Assembly (NCBI GenBank): GCA_038087875.1
Contig: CM075998.1
Location: forward strand, 6,016,001-6,080,000
DNA length: 64,000 nucleotides
Origin: Malacoraja senta
Lineage: Eukaryota
Reading direction: 5' to 3'
In this document: piece by piece, positions 50,842 through 64,000 of the stretch
Numbering within the stretch: position 1 is the stretch's first letter
How the letters are laid out: every line of letters starts with the position of its first letter
Position numbers and translations under genes: made by a program
Notes under the pieces: generated by a model
Told to the model about the DNA's origin: nothing
Databases searched by the model: none
What the model saw: the letters and a program-made list of their open reading frames with translations, nothing else

Positions 50842-51697
50842 TCCGGAAGTGGCGGCGCTGTTGCACAACTGCGGCTCGCCTGCAGTCCGTCTGTTTTTAC
50901 TTTTTTTGTTGTTTTCTTTTGTTCTGTTTTAGTTAAATTTTAGTTTATTGGGTTGTGTATGTGTGGGGTGGGGTGGGGTGGGGGGGTGAAACATGATTTT
51001 TGTCTCTTCCTTCGGGGGAATGCAACTTTTTCTTGTCGTATCCCCCTTCTCTGCCTCCGTCTGCGCTGAGGCCAAAATGGCGGAGCTGCCGGCCTCCAAC
51101 TCCAACTGCGACCGACCGACCTCGAGGCTCCGGAGGCAGAGCCAGGACTTACCAGCACGGGGCTGGCCTGCTTCGGGGCTGCGGTGGCGTTCCGGCGGTG
51201 GCGACCGAGGACGCTGGTGGCGACCTGAGTCCGGAGGCTCGGCCACGGGCCCGGTGGACGACATCGTCGGGAGCTCGCAGGTCACAGGTGGGTGACCTGT
51301 TTTTCTGGGGCTCCCGCAACTACAGCTGCGTCCGCTGGACTGGAGGGCGGCAGCTTCGGCCACCCCGGGCCGCGAAGTTTGAACCGGCCCGTCGCGGACG
51401 GAGCATGGATTCAGCCGCGGGACTGACTTACCATCACCCGGCGGGGTCACAATGTCAGAAGCCTGGATCGCCTCAGTGCAGAGGGAGAACAAAGAGGGAA
51501 GAGACAGAAACTTTAAGACTTTTGCCTCCATCACAGTGAGGAGGTGCCTGGTGAACTCACTGTGGTGGATGTTAATTTGTGTTTATTGTGTGTTTTGTTA
51601 TTTATTATTATATGTATGACTGCAGGCAACGAAATTTCGTTCAGACCGAAAGGTCTGAATGACAATAAAGGAATCTAAGTCTAAGTCTAAGTCTAAG
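50842..51697 (+). mobile_element. GC-rich non-autonomous retroposon, copy 3 (apparently full length)
   Basis: Head tccggaagtggcggcg; 3' hairpin ttcagaccgaaaggtctgaa, tgacaataaag and (tctaag)n tail. Confidence 0.85.
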
Positions 51698-51805
51698 ATG
51701 GAAGTTGAGGATAAGGAGAGGTCCAGATGTCCTTCTTTGTTAAAATGTATGAGGTTTGCAGAAAGAGATAAGAAGGTCTGCAAATGCATAGTGGGGATTG
51801 GTTAT

Positions 51806-51814
51806 AGAAGGGGG
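51806..51814 (+). promoter_or_regulatory. Polypurine tract
   Basis: agaaggggg directly before TGTAA. Confidence 0.7.
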
Positions 51815-53410
<1,596 letters not shown>

Positions 53411-53965
53411 GGTTCATGGAACCAAAATCTGCTGGTGCTGGAAATTCAAAACAAAGCAGAAATTGTTATAGAGCTGAGTAAAACCCACGAGGGGAATATT
53501 TCAGGTGAATGCCTCTTCTTTTCCCGGGATATGTGATTCAAGAACGAGAGTGGTTTAAAGCTGGGGTGTCAAACTACCGGCCAATCCGGCCCGCGGGATG
53601 ATTTGGGGGAAACAAAGTAGTTTCGTTTGGAGTCTAAACTACCCATTCCTGTGCAGATGGTGTGATAGGTGAGACACGGCGGTGGTCCCAGCTCACACCT
53701 CCCACCCTCACCTCCGGTGGCCGCTCTGTCCACACCGCATGGAGCTTTAACAACGGCCCGGAGCCAGGAGCGGACCGGGTGAGAGGGGGCGTCGGTGCCG
53801 CCTCCGGAGCCGTGGGGATGAATCTCGGGCTAAGGCTCCGCTCCGATGCCCGACCCCCGGGTCACTGACCCTCACCTCCCCCGGACCCCAGCTGGACACA
53901 GAGCACCTGGGCCGGCCCGCATTCCCGGGGGAATGTCCGCTCACTCCAGGTGTTATCGCCGCTTT

Positions 53966-55522
53966 ACTGACACACACCCTTACACACACACACTGGCACA
54001 CACCCTTACACACACACTGACACACACACTTACACACACACACTGACACACACCCTTACACACACACTGACACACACCCTTACACACACACTGACACACA
54101 CCCTTACACACACACACTGACACACACCCTTACACACACACACTGACACACACCCTTACACACACACACTGGCACACACCCTTACACACACACACTGACA
54201 CACACCCTTACACACACACTGACACACACCCTTACACACACACACTGACACACACCCTTACACACACACACTGGCACACACCCTTACACACACACTGACA
54301 CACACCCTTACACACACACTGACACACACCCTTACACACACACACTGACACACACCCTTACACACACACACACTGACACACACCCTTACACACACACACT
54401 GACACACACCCTTACACACACACACTGACACACACCCTTACACACACACACTGACACACACCCTTACACACACACACTGGCACACACCCTTACACACACA
54501 CACTGGCACACACCCTTACACACACACACTGACACACCCTTACACACACACACACACTGGCACACACCCTTACACACACACACTGGCACACACCCTTACA
54601 CACACACACTGACACACACCCTTACACACACACACTGACACACACCCTTACACACACACTGACACACACCCTTACACACACACACTGGCACACACCCTTA
54701 CACACACACACTGACACACACCCTTACACACACACACTGACACACACCCTTACACACACACTGACACACACCCTTACACACACACACTGACACACACCCT
54801 TACACACACACACTGACACACACCCTTACACACACACTGACACACACCCTTACACACACACACTGGCACACACCCTTACACACACACACTGACACACACC
54901 CTTACACACACACACTGACACACCCTTACACACACACACACACTGGCACACACCCTTACACACACACACTGACACACACCCTTACACACACACACTGACA
55001 CACACCCTCACACACACACTGACACACACCCTCACACACACACTGACACACACCCTTACACACACACACTGACACACACCCTCATACACACACACTGACA
55101 CACACCCTTACACACACACACTGGCACACACCCTTACACACACACACTGGCACACACCCTTACACACACACACTGACACACACCCTCACACACACACTGA
55201 CACACACCCTTACACACACACACTGACACACACCCTCATACACACACACTGACACACACCCTTACACACACACACTGGCACACACCCTTACACACACACA
55301 CTGACACACACCCTTACACACACACACTGGCACACACCCTTACACACACACACTGACACACACCCTTACACACACACACTGACACACACCCTTACACACA
55401 CACACTGACACACACCCTTACACACACACACTGACACACACCCTTACACACACACACTGACACACACCCTTACACACACACACTGACACACACCCTTACA
55501 CACACACACACTGGCACACACA
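53966..55522. repeat. CA-derived minisatellite with a roughly 24-28-bp unit
   Basis: Unit ctgacacacacccttacacacacaca with variable CA number. Confidence 0.95.
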
Positions 55523-56086
55523 AGGTTTAAAGGGAAATGGGCCAAAAGCAGATAAATGGGACTAGTTTAGATGGGGCATCTTGATCTGCATGGACAAGTT
55601 GGGACGAAGGGCCTGTTTCCATACTGTAAGACTATGACACACTGTAGAAAGGGTGCAATTGCTCTGGGGAGGATCCAGGGCGATTTATGAACATATTGGC
55701 AACGCTGGAATTTTATTTCACTTTGAAGAAAGATTTGATTACTGGGATTGTATTCTCTGCAGCAATGGAGGTGAAGAAGAGGCATAGTTAAGGTGAATAA
55801 TATTATGACAATAGGAAGGAACTGCAGATGCTGGTTTAAACTGAAGATAGACACAGAAAGCTGGAATCCCTCAGCGGGACAGGCAGCGTCTCTGGAGAGA
55901 AGGAATAGGTGATGTTTCGGGTCGAGACCTTCAGACTGAAGAGGTTGAAAACCAGCCGTATAGATGTAAAACACAATGACTGGAGATGTGTGTTATCCAA
56001 CTAAGGGCAGAAAGCAGAATCATGTGTTCATCATTATTGACGTGACACCATAATAAATATATTGCAGGAAAAAAAACTTAATGGGG

Positions 56087-56945
56087 TGGCACGGTGGCGC
56101 AGCGGTAGAGTTGCTGCCTTACAGCACCACCGACCCAGATTGGATCCTGACTACGGGTGCTGTCTGTACAGTATTTGTACATTTGTACAAAGCACATCAG
56201 CGCCTCTACTTCCTGAGGAAGATTACGAGAGTCGGTTTGTCAAGGAGGACTCTCCCTAACTTCTACAGGTGCACAGTAGAGAGCATGCTGACCGGTTGCA
56301 ACGTGGCTTGGTTCGGCAACTTGAGCGCCCTGGAGAGGAAAAGACTACAAAAAGTAGTAAACAATGCCCAGTCCATCATCGGCTCTGACCTCCCTTCCAT
56401 CGAGGGATCTACCACAGTCGCTGCCTCAAAAAGGCTGGCAGCATCATCAAGGACCCACACCATCCTGGCCACACACTCATCTCCCTACTACCTTCAGTAG
56501 AAGGTACAGGAGCCTGAAGGACTGCAACGACCAGGTTCAGGAATAGCTACTTCCCCACAGCCATCAGGCTATTAAACTGGCTCGGACATTACACTGAACT
56601 TTACTAGCCAATACTGTTATTTGCACTTTATCAGTATATTGACCATTGTGTATATATTTATAGAATGCCTTGTAGTAAATGCCTACTATGTTCTGTTGTG
56701 CTCAAGCAAAGCAAGAATTTCATTGTCCTACAGGGGACACATGACAATAAACTCACTTGACACTTGACATTTTCCATATGCCACATGGTTTTCTCTGGAT
56801 ATTCCGGTTTCTCCCACATCCGAAAGAAGTGCAAGTTTGTAGGTTAATTGGCTTCTGTAAATTGTCCTTGGCGTGTAGGATACAACTGGTGTATGGTAGA
56901 TTGCTGGGCGGTGTGGACTTGGTGGGCCGAAGGGCCTGTTTCCAT
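56087..56945 (+). mobile_element. V-SINE interrupted by a Rex1/Babar-like 3' fragment (about 56185-56768)
   Basis: SINE head at 56087 resumes near 56770; insert encodes KAHQRLYFLR..NFYRCTVES..WFGN. Confidence 0.8.
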
Positions 56946-57911
56946 ATATAATGTTTTACATGTATATCTTAATTTCATTGAACCATATACAGTTGAATAT
57001 ATGGCATTATTTTCATCTTGTTTCTATAGACAAAGGGTAAGGTTGATTGATTTATTTGTGCAGGACAGTGATGGAAGTCTGACTCCTCTTTGCCTTGTTT
57101 CTATGTCTTTGTTTCTCTATATATATGCATAACAGCATGAATTATAATCTGATTTCCATACATGAATATACTAAGATCATTCATGTGCTGCACCTGTTGA
57201 TCAGAGCCTGGCTCTACTGTGGAATGTAATTAGGAATGTAATTTAGCCTAACCTTATTCATACCTAATCCAATTTAAAGCATAAATGTTGCATTCAAGTG
57301 TAGGTTAAAAGACTCGCAACAGTATGCACCAGATTGCACAATTTCAAGCTGAAAAATGCAAAAGCTTCCTACCATAGGAGGGGGTATAACCCCTCCCGCA
57401 CCCTCCCCCCCTCGGTCGCTACGCTCCCTCAGGCCTGGTCTCTGCACTCACTCGCAATTTCCACTCTCAACTCTCACCCAATGTTGGCAGCCCTGCAGCC
57501 CTGATGCAATGCACGTATACACACACTTGTTCAATTCTGTTCTCATTATTAAACAACATAGAGACACTGGTAAAGATGCAGAAGTAACGACTAGAACGGT
57601 GAGAGAACTAAGAGTTTATTCAAATCAGGAAAGATTGCACAGCATGTGCTGTTTACCCGAGAGAAGATACGGTGAAGGTGAGCCCTGCTGGCAGTTTGGT
57701 GATTATACAGGGGTTGGGAGGGTGGGGCGACCAGGAGGCCACCTCGGCTGACGCCTCCCAGGAGCCAGCAGAGAAGCCGGAGGCGGAGACTCGTGGTCGG
57801 TGGGACCTCGCGGGTCAGTGGAGACTCGTGGGTCGATCCGAGGTTGGTGGTGCGGCGGTCGTTAAGCATGAGGACGGGCCACGTGGGAGCCGGAGGACAC
57901 GCCGCTGGGAA

Positions 57912-58302
57912 GCAACACTCGATGTCCATCTCTAAATGCGTCCCTGGGAACAGTCCACAAATCACACAGTCCTCTGTTGTAACATAGAAAATAGGTGCAG
58001 GAGTAGGCCATTCGGCACTTTGAAGCCAGCACCGCCATTCACTGTGGTCAAATCAGTACCCCGTTCCTGCTTTCTCCCATATTCCTTGAATCCGTTAGCC
58101 TTAAGAGCTAAATCTAACTCTCTCTTGAAAACATCAGTGAATTGGCCTCCACTGCCTTCTGTGGCAGAGAATTCCACAGATTCACAACTCTCTGGGTGAA
58201 AACGTTTTTTCCCCATCTCAGTCCTAAATGGCCTAAATGGTTGTGGAGCTGTTGGGAATAAAGCGTTCCAGGGGCCCTTGCAAACCTCTCCAGACTTCCT
58301 TT
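57912..58302 (-). mobile_element. L1/Tx1-like ORF2 C-terminal fragment interrupted by a CR1 tail (57981-58239)
   Basis: KEVWRGLQGPLERFIPNSSTT|EDCVICGLFPGTH rejoins across a gttgt duplication. Confidence 0.55.
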
Positions 58303-58502
58303 NNNNNNNNNNNNNNNNNNNNNNNNNNNNNNNNNNNNNNNNNNNNNNNNNNNNNNNNNNNNNNNNNNNNNNNNNNNNNNNNNNNNNNNNNNNNNNNNNN
58401 NNNNNNNNNNNNNNNNNNNNNNNNNNNNNNNNNNNNNNNNNNNNNNNNNNNNNNNNNNNNNNNNNNNNNNNNNNNNNNNNNNNNNNNNNNNNNNNNNNNN
58501 NN
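58303..58502. other. Assembly gap (200 N)
   Basis: Run of N. Confidence 1.
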
Positions 58503-58796
58503 GTGACAGGCTGCCTTTCAGAAACTGCGCTCCCGCAGCTCTCTCTCTCCTTGTCGGCAGCAGCCTGCACCTTTTCCTTGTTCCTGTATGTGGGGGAAAA
58601 AACACACAGAAACAATTTCTTTACTTTTCTCTACCTCCTCCAAAGTCTCCCCGACTTTGGTGGAGCTGTAATTACTCACCTGCAGCAAGAGCTCGGTGCT
58701 CCTGCTGCCGTTCGCACCAATGTGTCAGACGTAATGACGCGCATGCGCCCTGACAGGGTTCTTCACGTAGTCACTCACGTGACTCCGAAGTAAAAT
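58503..58796 (-). mobile_element. 5' end of a second DIRS1-like element
   Basis: gacgcgcatgcg...gggttcttcacgtagtc..tcacg...taaaat resembles 49798-49856. Confidence 0.75.
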
Positions 58797-59315
58797 CTAC
58801 CGTTCCCTGGGCGCCATAGACCGCGCACTCGGTCAAACGCACAATTCCGGGGCCGTGCGGCGTTGTTCCAACCCCGCACGGTGCTAAAATAAAACCAACA
58901 CTGTTCAAAAATATGTTCCTACCGCACAGCCTCCGCCAGTGAGGCACGAGTGCAGGCACGGCCGCCGCCACAGCCGCCGCCAGTGTGGCACGAGCGCCGT
59001 GCGTCGAACTTACACCGCCACAGCCTCCGCCAGTGAGGCACGTGTGCAGCACGGCCGCCGCCACAGCCGCCGCCGCCAGTGTGGCAGAGCGCCGTGAGTC
59101 GAACCTGCACCGCCACAGCCTCCGCCAGTGAGTCACGTGTGCGGCACGGCCGCCGCCACAGCCCCGCGATCTGAAAGCCGAAACAGCAAGCTCGTGGAAC
59201 CGGCCGTACTTGCCCCCCCGCGCCCGTGCGGCGCTCTCGTGGTTGCCGTGCGGTCCCCTCTTCCGGCGACTCCGCGCTTCACCGCCAACGACCGCAAACC
59301 CGTGGGACAGAGCCT
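58797..59315. mobile_element. Harbinger-type GC-rich MITE, left end displaced by the DIRS
   Basis: Colinear with 46024-46588; ends gggacagagcct followed by TAA. Confidence 0.85.
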
Positions 59316-59348
59316 TAAGGCTGTTACCATATAAAAACATAATTAATA

Positions 59349-59680
59349 GTGGCAAAGTGGTGCAGCGGGTAGAGCTGCTGCCTCAGTGCCAGAGACCCAC
59401 ACTCGATCCAGACCTCGGGCACTGTTTGTGTGGAGTTTGCACGTTCTCCCTGTGACCACATGGGTTTCCTCCAGGTGCTCCGGTTTCCTCCCACATCCCA
59501 AAGCCGTGCGGGTTTGTGGGTTAATCGGCCCCTCTGTTAATTGCCCCCTCGTGTGTAGGGAGTGGATGAGAAAGTGGGATGACATAGAACTTGTGTGTGA
59601 ACAGGTGATCGATGGTCGGCACGGACTCGGTGGGCCGAAGGGCCTGTTTCTGTGCTGTATCTCTAAACTAAAACCTCTAA
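59349..59680 (+). mobile_element. tRNA-derived V-SINE (HE1-like)
   Basis: Family match. Confidence 0.8.
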
Positions 59681-61185
59681 ATTAAGGACACCGTTCAGCC
59701 CTTGAGCTTGCTCATCAATAAAACCAAGGTTGATCCTGCACCTCGCAATACTTTTCTGTTCGCTTCCTGGTGGTCGATGTGCTCAAAAATCCAACCTCCC
59801 AGTCCTGGATTCACTCAACCGCTGTGCCTCCACAGCTCCCTGGAGGAGAAAATTCTGAAGCTTCCTGAGCCTCCGAGAGAAGAAATCCATTCTCATCTTT
59901 ATCCGATCCCTTCTCCTGAGACTATCTTGAAATAACACGGTCAGGGCAGCCAGAGTTGTTATTTTTGAAAGTACGGAATGGATAATAGACAGATGGAGTC
60001 ATGGTACGCACTATGCATGCGGAGGGTTGTGTCCAAGCCTGGAATGAATGTCACACTGTGTTTGCAGAGGCCTTTGTTGTGCTCTACTGAATCAATTCCA
60101 AACAGCTGAGAACGAGTGTGGACTTATATAATAGAAGTATTTGCAATTGTTCGCACTGATGGCTATGAACATCAGGATTCTGCTTCGGTCCCCATTGCCA
60201 GCGTGCTCGGTTCAAATCTGTCCTTGTTGGTGTCTGAGCATTGTCAGAGCTGGCCAGCTGAGAACTCACTAACTGGCAATGGGAAATGTTTTCATTAGGA
60301 GGAAGGAGAGGGGAGGCATTGAACAGAGGATGGCAAATTAGATTGAAGGAAATGATTACAATGGTGGGACACTGTGGTGATACATGATAATGTCAAAATC
60401 CGTCATTAAACAATTACCCAGTCCTGGTAGAAGACATCCTGTTAACACTGAGATTGATCAGCTTTAGCTGCGGAAGAGGAGGAAAGGCATTCAAGAAAGT
60501 GCCTTGTGAAATGTTCTTCCAAAAATGAAGCCAGTACATTTGTGGGTACTGGTAGAATGTGAGCTCGCTTTGGAGATCTTCCATGGATAGAGATTACCAG
60601 GAGGACTGAGAAAAAGATTCAAGGATGTGCTGGATGTCCTTTAAAAAATGCAACATCCCTATTGACTCCTGGGAATCTCTGGTCATAATTGAAGAAGGAG
60701 CATTGAGGATAGTATTGAGAATCTCAAGGGCATGAGCACACTAAAGCCCTGTCTGTGTGGTAGAAAGAGGCCACCATCTCACCAACTACCCATCCACCTC
60801 GTTCCTCGTCTGTGGGTCCCACATTGGCTTCGTCAGCCACCTCTAAACCCACAAAACTGGGGTTGAAGATAAAAGACATTGCATGCGTGAGGGCAAAGGT
60901 GTAAATCAAAGTTTTGGGTCCAGACCCTGCATCAGTACTGAGGAGGAACTGGGAAGATTGCCAGCATAGTAGGGCTTTTGGAAAGAGGCCAATAGGTGGA
61001 ACCAGACGGGATGGGCCGATGGCCGATGGAACCAGGTGGGGGGATAGGAGGGATGAACAATTAAACTAGGTACACCTCGTTTTCTTCTCCCTTTGATCAT
61101 TGCTCCCATCTCCTACACCTACAGTATCTTAACAGGTCACGACACAAAACTTCCCCAAACCAATAGGAAGTTAGAGTAGGAATAA

Positions 61186-61968
61186 AGTCAAGTCAAGTCA
61201 AGTGAGTTTATTGTCATGTGTCCCAGATAGGACAATTAAATTCTTGCTTGCTGCAGCACAACAGAATATTGTAGACATAAATACAGAACAGTTCAGTGTG
61301 TCCATTTACCATAGAATATATATACACACATAAATAAACAGATAAAGTGCAATAGGCTGTTATAGTTCATAGTTTGTTTGAGTTGAGTTTAATAGCCTCA
61401 TGGCAGTGGGGAAGTAGCTATTCCTGAACCTGGATGTTGCAGATTTCAGGCCCCTGTACCTTCTACCTTATGGCAGCGGGGAGATGAGTGTGTGGCCAGG
61501 ATGATGTGGGTCCTTGATGATGCTGCCAGCCTTTTTGAGGCAGCGCCTGCGATAGATCCCCTCGATGGTGGGGAGGTCAGAGCCGATGATGGACTGGGCA
61601 GTGTGTACAACTTTCTGCATTCTTTTCCACTCCTGGGCGCTCAAGTTGCCGAACCAAGCCACGATGCAACCGGTCAGCATGCTCTCTACTGTGCACCTGT
61701 AGAAGTTCGAGAGAGTCCTCCTTGACATACTGACTCTCCGTAATCTTCTCAGGAAGTAGAGGCGCTGATGTGCTTTCTTTATGATTGCATCAGTGTTCTG
61801 GGACCAGGAGAGATCTTCGGAAATATGCACGCCCAGGAATTTGAAGTTCTTGACCCTTTCCACCATTTGATATAAACGGGACTGTGGGTCCCCATCCTAC
61901 CCCTTCCGAAGTCCACAATCAGTTCCTTTGAGAGCCAGGTTATTGTTCTGGCACCATTTGGTCAATCG
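61186..61968 (-). mobile_element. Rex1/Babar-like LINE 3' fragment
   Basis: VERVKNFKFLGVHISEDLSW..KKAHQRLYFLRRLR; tgacaataaa plus (cttga)n tail. Confidence 0.85.
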
Positions 61969-63491
61969 GTAAATGGGTCATATTCAAGTTGGCAGGTGCA
62001 AACTAATGTGGCACCACAGGGATCATGTTTACGCTTTCAAAATTCATAATCAACAATTTATTAGAGGGCACAAAAATAGGAATGTGAACAGTGATGAGGA
62101 TGCAAAGAAGCTTCAAAGGGATATAGACAGGGCCGGATTTACGTATAAGCTTGACAAGCTTAAGCTTTGGGCCTCGAGATCTTGGGGGGCCTCGCAGAGC
62201 CGGATTTACCACTAGGCTTCATAGGCTGAATTTGGCCGCCATTGCTGTCCGATCGCTGCCTCGCTGCCAGCGCCGAAAACCAACGCAGAATCACTCCCTG
62301 ACCCTGGATCTGGAGTAACTCCCTGGAGTAACTCTTGCTTCTGGTTTCCTGGTCCTCCATAAATATTCTAAATGGAATTTAAACTGGAGGTGGTGGAGGG
62401 CTGAACAATAACAGCCTATTGCATTTTATCTGTTTATTTATTGTGTATATATATGGTCTATGATATATAGACACACTGAACTTTTATCTCCTGTTCTGTA
62501 TTATGTTCACATATTCTGTTGTGCTGCAGCAAGCAAGAATTTCATTGTCCTATCTGGAACACATGACAATAAAACTCTCTTGACTTTTGACTTGGACTTA
62601 AGCAAAAAAGGGTTCTTGGGGAAAAAAGAGGTACCTTAAATTTAGTTGCGTCTGGTTGGGTAACTATGGTAGGGTGAAGACTATTTCATGCTTTAATTAT
62701 GCGGGGGAACTCCATGGAGCAGCCAGCAACTCTGGATAGAAGAAATTGGGTGACGTTTCGGGTAGAGACCCTTCTTTAGACTCCCTCTGGTTTTAATGTC
62801 TTTAGTTTAATTTAAAGATACAGCGTGGAAACAGGCCCTTCGGCCCACCGAGTCCACGCCGACCACCGATCACCCGTACACTAGTTCTATCCCACACATT
62901 AGCGACGTGAGTCAAGAGTGTTTTATTCTCTCACGTCCCAGTTAGAACAATGAAATCCTTACTTGCAGCAGCACAACAGAATATGTAAATATAGTACTCT
63001 GTAAACAATGTTATAAACGAGAAAACAAAACGGTGTATATTTATATATGAATATATAACTATATCAATATATATGTGTGTGTGTGTATATAATATATACA
63101 CCCACACACACACACACACACACAATTTCCCTCCTGGGATTAATAAAGTTCTATCGTATAGTATCGTGTGTGTAGGAAGGAACTGCAGATGCTGGTTTAA
63201 ACTGAAGATAGACACAAAAAGCTGGAGTAACTCAACAGGTCAGACAGAATCTCTGGACAAAAGGAAAATATTACGTTTTGGGTTGGGTCTGAAATAGGTT
63301 CCTGCACACCTTTGGAATGTGGAAGGAAACAAGAGCACCCGGAGAAAACCCATGCGTTCAAAGGGAAAAGGAGCAAACCCCATACAGACAGCACCCATAT
63401 TGAGGATCAATTCCGGGTCTCTGGCACTTGTTGGCAGCAACTTTATGGCCAATGTACAGCCCCATAGTCTTGAACTGAATTAAAACGCCAA

Positions 63492-64000
63492 GTGTAGCAT
63501 TTCCTGCGGTTGCAAGGGAAAATGCCAGGAGAGGGGGTGGTTTGGGTGGGAAGGGACGAATTGACCAGGGAGTTACGGAGGGAGCGGTCTCTGCGGAAAG
63601 CCAACAGGGGAGGAGATGGGATGATGTGGCCAGTGGTGGGATCCCATTGGTAGACAAAAAAGCTGGAGAAACTCAGCGGGTAAGGCAGCATCTGTGGAGC
63701 GAAGGAATAGGCGACGTTTCGGGTCGAGACCCTTCTTCAGATTGATGTCAGGTGGGGGGGGGGGGGGATGTCATGAAAAAGAAAGGAAGAGGCGGAGACA
63801 CTAGGCTGTGGGAGAGCTGGGAACGGGAGGGGATGGAGGGAGAAAGCAAGGACTACCTGAAATTGGAGAAGCCAATGTTCATACCGCTGGGGTGTAAACT
63901 ACCCAAGCAAAATATGAGGTGCTGTTCCTCCAATTTACGGTGGTCCTCACTCTGGCCATGGAGGAGGCCAAGGACAGAAAGGTCGGATTCGGAATGGGAA
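63492..64000 (-). mobile_element. Penelope-like fragments with terminal repeat and hammerhead motif (63713-63740)
   Basis: DPTTGHI.PSPPL.AFRRDRSLRNSLV; the 3' part matches 25135-25423. Confidence 0.85.

Noticed and set aside
50716..50943. Short hydrophobic ORF after pol as an env or accessory gene
   Set aside because: Its hydrophobic half comes from the T-rich part of the inserted retroposon; no env motifs.
62128..62230. hAT-like terminal motifs (cagggccggattta twice; also ggggtgtcaaact near 53563 and gttggcagccctg near 57483)
   Set aside because: No matching opposite terminus or TSD found, so boundaries cannot be supported.

Overview
Eukaryotic, repeat-dense vertebrate DNA with no recognisable host gene. 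The tRNA-headed V-SINE/HE1-like SINEs, CR1 LINEs and Penelope elements suggest a cartilaginous fish, probably a skate or ray (inference). The centrepiece is a decayed class I (gamma/epsilon-like) endogenous retrovirus at 30439-52365. It has a tRNA-Pro PBS, gag, pro-pol, no env, a complete 3' LTR and only a 29-bp remnant of the 5' LTR, and long (CA)n tracts flank it on both sides. Its pol has an extra segment between protease and RT with two HxT motifs (HITL ... HITR), consistent with a 2H phosphoesterase (CNPase-like) domain; this is the most interesting signal. At least seven direct insertions expanded the provirus from about 8 kb to about 22 kb. One is a DIRS1-like tyrosine-recombinase retrotransposon with intact ITR/ICR termini that carries four insertions of its own. 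Elsewhere: a CGGBP-like hAT transposon with an 8-bp TSD, Penelope pieces carrying minimal hammerhead ribozyme motifs, Rex1/Babar and Tx1 LINE fragments, a Harbinger-type MITE family, three copies of an unclassified GC-rich retroposon, a solo LTR, several minisatellites and a 200-N gap. All family calls come from motif recognition by eye; no database searches were run. Boundaries without a TSD are approximate.
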